Below are positions 59,101 to 64,000 of a stretch of DNA of 64,000 nucleotides, one piece after another; the stretch's first letter is position 1, and each line of letters starts with the position of its first letter. Below the pieces are notes generated by a model. That model saw nothing but the letters and a program-made list of their open reading frames with translations, had not been told where the DNA came from and made no database searches. The translations under genes and the position numbers were made by a program. The DNA is taken from the IMG/VR virus record IMGVR_UViG_3300011008_000034, positions 64,001-128,000 of that record. One strand, written 5' to 3'. Source of the stretch: a virus (lineage: Duplodnaviria; Caudoviricetes).

Positions 59101-59808
59101 ATAAAATGGTTCATCTATAAACAAATCATTTTCAGCAGAACAATAACAAAGATTGACGTTAGGAGATGTAGTAAACTGTCCATTACATTTTGGGAATACT
59201 GCAGAATAATGAAGCATATCACTATATCCAAACCCTTCTGGATATGTATCAAAATCACATTCTTGTTTAGTTTGAATATTCCAGTACGTTACTACCCTTC
59301 TAGAAGTCTCCTCATTCACTCTAGAGTCCATCGCCAGCGTTCCTAAGGAATTACCATTGGCATACCCGTATGCCTTAATCTCGCTATCGCCAGTGACAAA
59401 TTCCTGCCAGACTTCTAAATATACTAATTCATCTAACGTGGATTTTGTCTGAGATACCCCTAAATCTATAAGAATATAATTTGGAATATTATTATATGAA
59501 AAATTCCCTTGACAGTTTAATGTTATTCCATTTACTATGCATTTAAAAGGAGCTATGGCTAATCTATTCTTTAAAATCAATCCATTAGAAGAAGGATTCA
59601 AAATCATACTATCACCAGTAAATTCTGATGATACTAATTCAGTAAATCCACTATATACACTTTTTCTGATTATATCTTTTCTTGCCTCTTCTTGGATTTC
59701 CTGCATTTCATTTTGCTCTACGTCAAGTAAAGGACGATCAAAACCGAATTTTATTTCAGAAAATCCAGAACGAGGGTCATAATTTGAGTGTTTTTCAAAA
59801 TAATTCAA
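56179..59808 (-). CDS. Large virion structural protein (baseplate/tail) with LamG-like domain
   Basis: N-terminal F…RPLLDVEQNEMQ, ELVYLEVW, and LamG-like GTIDFFIKP…YYHVRL…YVYLNG…IEEVLMY. Confidence 0.7.
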   Translation of the reverse strand: MNYFEKHSNYDPRSGFSEIKFGFDRPLLDVEQNEMQEIQEEARKDIIRKSVYSGFTELVSSEFTGDSMILNPSSNGLILKNRLAIAPFKCIVNGITLNCQGNFSYNNIPNYILIDLGVSQTKSTLDELVYLEVWQEFVTGDSEIKAYGYANGNSLGTLAMDSRVNEETSRRVVTYWNIQTKQECDFDTYPEGFGYSDMLHYSAVFPKCNGQFTTSPNVNLCYCSAENDLFIDEPFYGDKNLYVAGRPNYDIQSSTLKGRYVFAIPMFRVRRRNTTKYSFNNYNGAPSYNAMLVSNDSSLKGDLKNNMRPDMKAYDSISKSDIIDLRKTITFSSIRYNAIADDTIRDIFNNNLETSQTKKMRRVQIGNKPFDYTNVSSTIFHIPFNGSIIQEYPTNDPLAPRIYEKSIYYESSLNHLGAVIDNNTELSYTINDLVEKDRGTIDFFIKPNWNGCDETSQIILSIVNESNSPIIQLRKEKNLLIFAQYNYEVSNDNYIENKAIANLSETLMISGRYYHVRLSYNENPSPVIGQIYVYLNGSLIAQSNCSVSYLTPYRFKIGDLRNTTNPGFVIEEVLMYNRCFEVVMGSGTGYSYMVNNFWPMLPHDFLESDTLLAPSFDSIINNLSDNEFEQEDTVFYREYDKDVSLKTFTISLNSDRYISEINAIYDMSGNNLTDSIYGKCEGLGTNIVQFKPYDQSLEKVVIHCKVCFPAGCGGLDMPTEILAAGIVKYDLDMPDSNYDYPLDIIEEVSFHKKDSEYPRKVPYLKPRKVFGNEDEAYDFANSTRTKSQCYARLIYYNISGNGTNQYDIPMEMYGYKIISIVGTHTNRITSITKTPSTIIGEEDLNYTIKLEYPLNIGDTLTLELGCSGYSFDYDLNSKTIFTNMHKCKLLEFTANGVDNVYTLPCMDIIHDGEIRGGILKSVYTFNNNILDENGNITGQYDTEILGYHDGEIFYDEYGQATNKRIWNTIPVHITEDSFGTPFITIIFDESSKPRNGVSIQIPIMISYQMSSDELLSIWYNHIPYQGVMTTKTKEVTRVTPWTYFITTLSTGKPNNENIILNLVNELPGGMYNGYQIDNQDIILKDIFNDMSYALNNENVNKKLVFMNDFMLKGINEGYCNLVNTYKISKDSSYFQDGKITFANIDFNLYFNDCVNPIKKYVCGYCLVINERGEVMLLVVSNINYNTTVINHLNPVYGDLFYVKGRLIEK

Positions 59809-59879
59809 ACATATTCACCTGCCTCTTTTAAATAAAATAGTAAATATCATAATGAGGTAAAACACCACTATAAATGAAA

Positions 59880-59913
59880 TGTGGAGAAGACAACTGGTGA
59901 ATGTCTTCTCCAC
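59880..59913. terminator. Strong hairpin (terminator or regulatory site)
   Basis: gtggagaagaca…tgtcttctccac, 12-bp stem. Confidence 0.55.
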
Positions 59914-59976
59914 GAAGGTTAATTTGTGTATAATAGAATTAATATTAATATACCTCTTTGAAGACATTTTATTTCT

Positions 59977-62900
59977 TTAGTTTTTAAATTTTCCTAATTC
60001 ACTTGTTATTAATCCTTTTGCAGCTGCTCTTTCATATGATAAAAATTGACTAAAACTTACATCAAATTTATTTGCATCATAATATTTACTGCATACGTCA
60101 TATAATCCACTTTTAGTTTTATACAATTTTGTAATTAACCTTACATCTACATTATCATTTTCAAATCCGGAAATAAATTTACTAATTAATTTCCGAGCTT
60201 CAGGCGTATACAAATATGTTAAACGATATGTTTCAAAATCTCTATATCCACAATCGTTAATACAATAATCAGTCCTAGTATTAAAGAAACGTTTATTCAA
60301 TAAAGCCATTTTTGTTTCTAATAAATTGAATTTTATTGCTTCATAATAGCTTTTTAATTCTGTTTTTGAAAAATACGATTTTTTCTTAATGAATGTACCA
60401 TTAGCGCTTGTATAATGATCAAGCATATGTCTATTAAATTCCGAATAAATATTATTGAAAATAACATCAAATTTCACCGATAATTCAACAATTTTTTTTC
60501 TTAATTCTTCAATTCCTGTTTCTGTTTTTCTTAATTCATTGAATATATTATTTGATAATTCTTCATCAACTATATAAACCATAACACTAGACAACATTTT
60601 CATAAATGCCTTTTTCGGATTACTTATTTTTTGATGAGTAAAATAATCACTAATATCGCAAGCCAATAATGTTTCTTTATCAGCTACAATCCCATCAGTC
60701 TTTGTAACTTTAATTATAGCATGACTATTGTATATATCCTTATAGAACATCTTTAATTGTTTATCGGTATATCTTGTAGTAAAAATATTTTCAACATAAT
60801 CATATCTGCATAATTTTGAAATATTCTCAACTTTTTTCATAATCTCATCTGTATTAAACGTTGATTTTAAATTAATGCATGTATATCCCTTTACAAATTT
60901 ATTATAATTCATTTGAGGAATACCAAATTCCTTACTATCAATGTAATAAAGATTAAATAAATTTAAATATTGATAAATCATCATATATTGATATCCCAAT
61001 TTTTCTTGACAACCAAATATAATTTCATTTACTGTATCAATCAAATTTGCATTTATGACAAAATATCCATTTCGGACAATATTTTGATAATTACTATGGA
61101 AATTCAAAAATATTGTAATGGCTAATACGCGAATTGCTTGAGCACAATATTCAAATACATTTTTATTTTTCCGATTTTTTTCCTCAAATTTTTCTACCAA
61201 TTTATATAGAGATAAAATATAATTATCAACTTCTTTATTTCTAAGACCATAATAGAAAATCTTATCGCATTTATCATTACGAAAAGCTTTATTAAAGAAT
61301 GCAACACATTTTGATTCAGAAATTCCACGTTCGTTAAACGTCTCAAAAACATTTCCTACGGTTTTATTTTCGCCCTTTATTCTAAGTGGATCACTAGAAA
61401 AATTGTGTCTACCATTAGGAAATTTTTTCTCCGTTTCACTCACTTTTTCAAATGGAATAAATCCTTTAAAATGAGCTAGATTAATACATTTTCCTTTTAA
61501 TGGATTATCTCCATGACGTTCATAATCTGATAATTCGGCTAATTCATTTAATGATTTTTTTAAAGAAAATCCACGATCTTTAGCATAAAACAATTTTAAG
61601 ATATAATCCTTCCCACCTTCATAATCATTTTTTACAATATAATCACATAACTTATTTTGTGATTCAACGTAAGGAGCATTTTTATGATGATGGAATTCTT
61701 TTCTAAATGACTTAAATGCTTGATAATCTTCAGGTTTATCAGAATAGAAACACCATGAATTTTTTAAAGAATACGTATCTTCATGTTTTGTCAAAATGGT
61801 CTGAAGTTTCTCCATAAGTTCTCCAGGAGAATGAAGACATGCTAAATTTTTAGGATCTTTTAAATCCTTTATATATCTCAAAACAGATACAGGAAAATCT
61901 TTATTGTCATGTTTCATATGAACGCTATACGGAAATCTAAAAATACGCACAGGTGTAAAAGTGGCATTCATATCTATAGGAATTTCATATCCCAATGCAA
62001 TGCCTAAAAAGTAAAATAACTCTTCTAAATGTTCATAAGACAAATAACCACAATCTTCTTTTAAAATATTATGATGATATTCATAATCTGCTTTGTTTAA
62101 ATAATACGTTTTATCCAATGACAAAACAATCTGAAAACCATTACATGATTCAATCTTAGCTGTTAAATTCAAACCATATTTCATCATAACATGTTCAATT
62201 TCAAGATTCATCTGTTTTTTCAATTCATCTTTCTTTTCTTTGGAGGAAAAGTGAATCTTTTGTTCTACATTCTCAAATAAATCAATATCGAACATCAATG
62301 TACGAATAAATTTCATTGAATTCTTATCACGATAAATTTTTAAATCTGTTAAAATAAATTTTGAAAAATCTTCACTCTTATGTTTTTTTCTTAACTGATG
62401 AAAATACTTCTTTTTCTCATCATCAGTCATTGTGTTTATATGATTAATTAAATCAAGTTTCGCGTTAGTGTCATTAACATAAAATTTATATGTATTATTT
62501 TTATGAACATCGTGAACTGCTTGAGCTGTATAAATATTACAAATCTGAAAAGCTCCCTCAATATCGCCATTTTGCATTCTTTCATAAGATTGTTTTGCCT
62601 TGTCAAGATATTGGTCTATATTATAATAGTACACATCTTTAAAAGACTGATATGCAAGAACATATTTTTCACCCTTGAATTTACGATATTCTTTCATCGA
62701 AACTTTTTTCTTTTCATGATCGTTTATTTTAATATAGAATTCAGCATTAATAATCCCTTGAGAAAGACAAAGACCATTTTTGAATGTATCTCCATATACA
62801 GCATATGCATAATCCTCTAATTGCTTTTTAACTTTCCCGTTTTCAATATCATCAAGAGAATTCTGAATACTTTTTTGCGAATTTCTAAGACCATTATCAC

Positions 62901-63702
62901 AAAATTCAATAAAACTATCTCCCTTGAAAAGTGTTTTCCGCTCTTTATTTACTAACTCTTCATTAGGATAAAAATCACCATTAAACGATTCAATGATTAC
63001 AGAATTATTTTTTTTGTGTTTCGCACGTGGCTCATCTTTAGCAGTAAGAATATAATGTTCCTCAGTAAATGACTTGTTATTACGTTCATTAGTATAATAT
63101 ACTTCATTACAATATTGACGAATAGATGGTATTTTTTCAACAACTTTTTTAAATTCTTTCTGAAATTTTTGCGTAGCTTCAATTTTATTACATTGACTTA
63201 ATTTAATTTTTTCTCGAGACACATCTTTTGAATTATCTTGATTTTCTTTAACATCTTGTAATGAAATGTTATTTGATTGAATAACTTCAGGTTGAACAAC
63301 TTCTACTTCTACTTGTTTAGGTTGAATATTCTGAATATTCTTCTTTTTATTTAACTGAGGATTTAATTCTTCGTGAACAAATACCAATTTATATTTAGAA
63401 TCAAAATATTCCGTGCTTTTCATATTATTGTATGTTTCAATAACACCTTGTTCTTCTTCAGGTTTTACGAACCATTTCTCTCTTGTATCTAAAGATTTTC
63501 CTTGATGTGATTTATAAATTGCATCGAAATCTTCATTAATATCTTGACATAATATCTTTGCGGCCTTATCATCTAACTCAAGACCATATTGATTATCTGG
63601 ATTAATGTATATATCATAAATCATTTCACCAGTATAATGATTTTTCAACTTATATTTTGTCTGCTGAATCTGAGCATAGGTTTTATCAATTCTATTATAC
63701 AT
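59977..63702 (-). CDS. Large protein with central AEP/RepB-like primase domain
   Basis: RTLMFDIDL (DxD), IESCNGFQIV (SxxGxH/Q), RIFRFPYSVHMK. Confidence 0.55.
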   Translation of the reverse strand: MYNRIDKTYAQIQQTKYKLKNHYTGEMIYDIYINPDNQYGLELDDKAAKILCQDINEDFDAIYKSHQGKSLDTREKWFVKPEEEQGVIETYNNMKSTEYFDSKYKLVFVHEELNPQLNKKKNIQNIQPKQVEVEVVQPEVIQSNNISLQDVKENQDNSKDVSREKIKLSQCNKIEATQKFQKEFKKVVEKIPSIRQYCNEVYYTNERNNKSFTEEHYILTAKDEPRAKHKKNNSVIIESFNGDFYPNEELVNKERKTLFKGDSFIEFCDNGLRNSQKSIQNSLDDIENGKVKKQLEDYAYAVYGDTFKNGLCLSQGIINAEFYIKINDHEKKKVSMKEYRKFKGEKYVLAYQSFKDVYYYNIDQYLDKAKQSYERMQNGDIEGAFQICNIYTAQAVHDVHKNNTYKFYVNDTNAKLDLINHINTMTDDEKKKYFHQLRKKHKSEDFSKFILTDLKIYRDKNSMKFIRTLMFDIDLFENVEQKIHFSSKEKKDELKKQMNLEIEHVMMKYGLNLTAKIESCNGFQIVLSLDKTYYLNKADYEYHHNILKEDCGYLSYEHLEELFYFLGIALGYEIPIDMNATFTPVRIFRFPYSVHMKHDNKDFPVSVLRYIKDLKDPKNLACLHSPGELMEKLQTILTKHEDTYSLKNSWCFYSDKPEDYQAFKSFRKEFHHHKNAPYVESQNKLCDYIVKNDYEGGKDYILKLFYAKDRGFSLKKSLNELAELSDYERHGDNPLKGKCINLAHFKGFIPFEKVSETEKKFPNGRHNFSSDPLRIKGENKTVGNVFETFNERGISESKCVAFFNKAFRNDKCDKIFYYGLRNKEVDNYILSLYKLVEKFEEKNRKNKNVFEYCAQAIRVLAITIFLNFHSNYQNIVRNGYFVINANLIDTVNEIIFGCQEKLGYQYMMIYQYLNLFNLYYIDSKEFGIPQMNYNKFVKGYTCINLKSTFNTDEIMKKVENISKLCRYDYVENIFTTRYTDKQLKMFYKDIYNSHAIIKVTKTDGIVADKETLLACDISDYFTHQKISNPKKAFMKMLSSVMVYIVDEELSNNIFNELRKTETGIEELRKKIVELSVKFDVIFNNIYSEFNRHMLDHYTSANGTFIKKKSYFSKTELKSYYEAIKFNLLETKMALLNKRFFNTRTDYCINDCGYRDFETYRLTYLYTPEARKLISKFISGFENDNVDVRLITKLYKTKSGLYDVCSKYYDANKFDVSFSQFLSYERAAAKGLITSELGKFKN

Positions 63703-64000
63703 AAAATCGACCTTCCTTTCTTATTTAATTTTAAAAAAATTACGAACTAGCACAACTTTAATTTATTATAAAAATCAACGCTAAAAATTTTTTTCATAAA
63801 ATAAAGTTTTTTCTCTATAAAAAAATAATATGCTATGAATAAAAAATAACAAAAGTGACTGTTTTATTCACAGTCACTAAATAAAGGAACTAACATTTTT
63901 TCAATCATCTTAACACTTTTTTTCATCATTGAATCAGTTATAGGATTATATAAAATAATTTGACTTTGGGTCTTAAATTTCCCTTCACGTTTACATTTAT

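Noticed and set aside
1-64000. Stop-codon reassignment (TAG or TGA recoding) as in some gut phages
   Set aside because: Conserved genes are full length in the standard code and all three stops end genes. The breaks are explained by an intron, indels, a duplication or one TAA.
63703-64000. Replication origin in the AT-rich end of the window
   Set aside because: Only one hairpin (gtgactgt/acagtcac) and no iterons are visible; the context is cut off by the window edge.

Overview
A very AT-rich, gene-dense segment of a large (probably jumbo) tailed phage of a Bacillota-type host, read in the standard genetic code. Replication and maintenance genes include gyrA, gyrB (split by an ORF-less group I intron), dnaB, a DnaC-like loader, a free CHC2 zinc finger, a UvsW-like helicase with two inteins, recJ, a DHH phosphoesterase, clpX, a sigma factor, a C5 DNA methyltransferase, a MoxR/VWA pair and a large primase-like ORF. 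There is also a tail/baseplate protein, two lysin genes (one broken) and degenerate tRNAs. Mobile and selfish DNA is abundant: a GC-rich IscB/omegaRNA insertion whose empty site and TAM can be reconstructed, two tnpB genes, four free-standing PD-(D/E)xK endonucleases (three with 23-aa repeats) and a free-standing splicing-dead intein. Candidate counter-defence genes are an AcrVA2-like protein, a 2H phosphoesterase and a RelB-like domain. The standout observation is an operon at 11.9-15.1 kb. An RlmN/Cfr-like radical SAM enzyme there lacks its C-terminal methyl-carrier segment. That segment (…GAACGQLA…) is encoded separately as a 42-aa peptide at 14912-15040, which the ORF track misses, directly behind a second radical SAM gene. 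The core also lacks the resolving cysteine. A GC-rich, promoter-driven, apparently pseudoknotted ncRNA near the tRNAs is also unexplained. All family calls come from motif recognition by eye, not from database searches.
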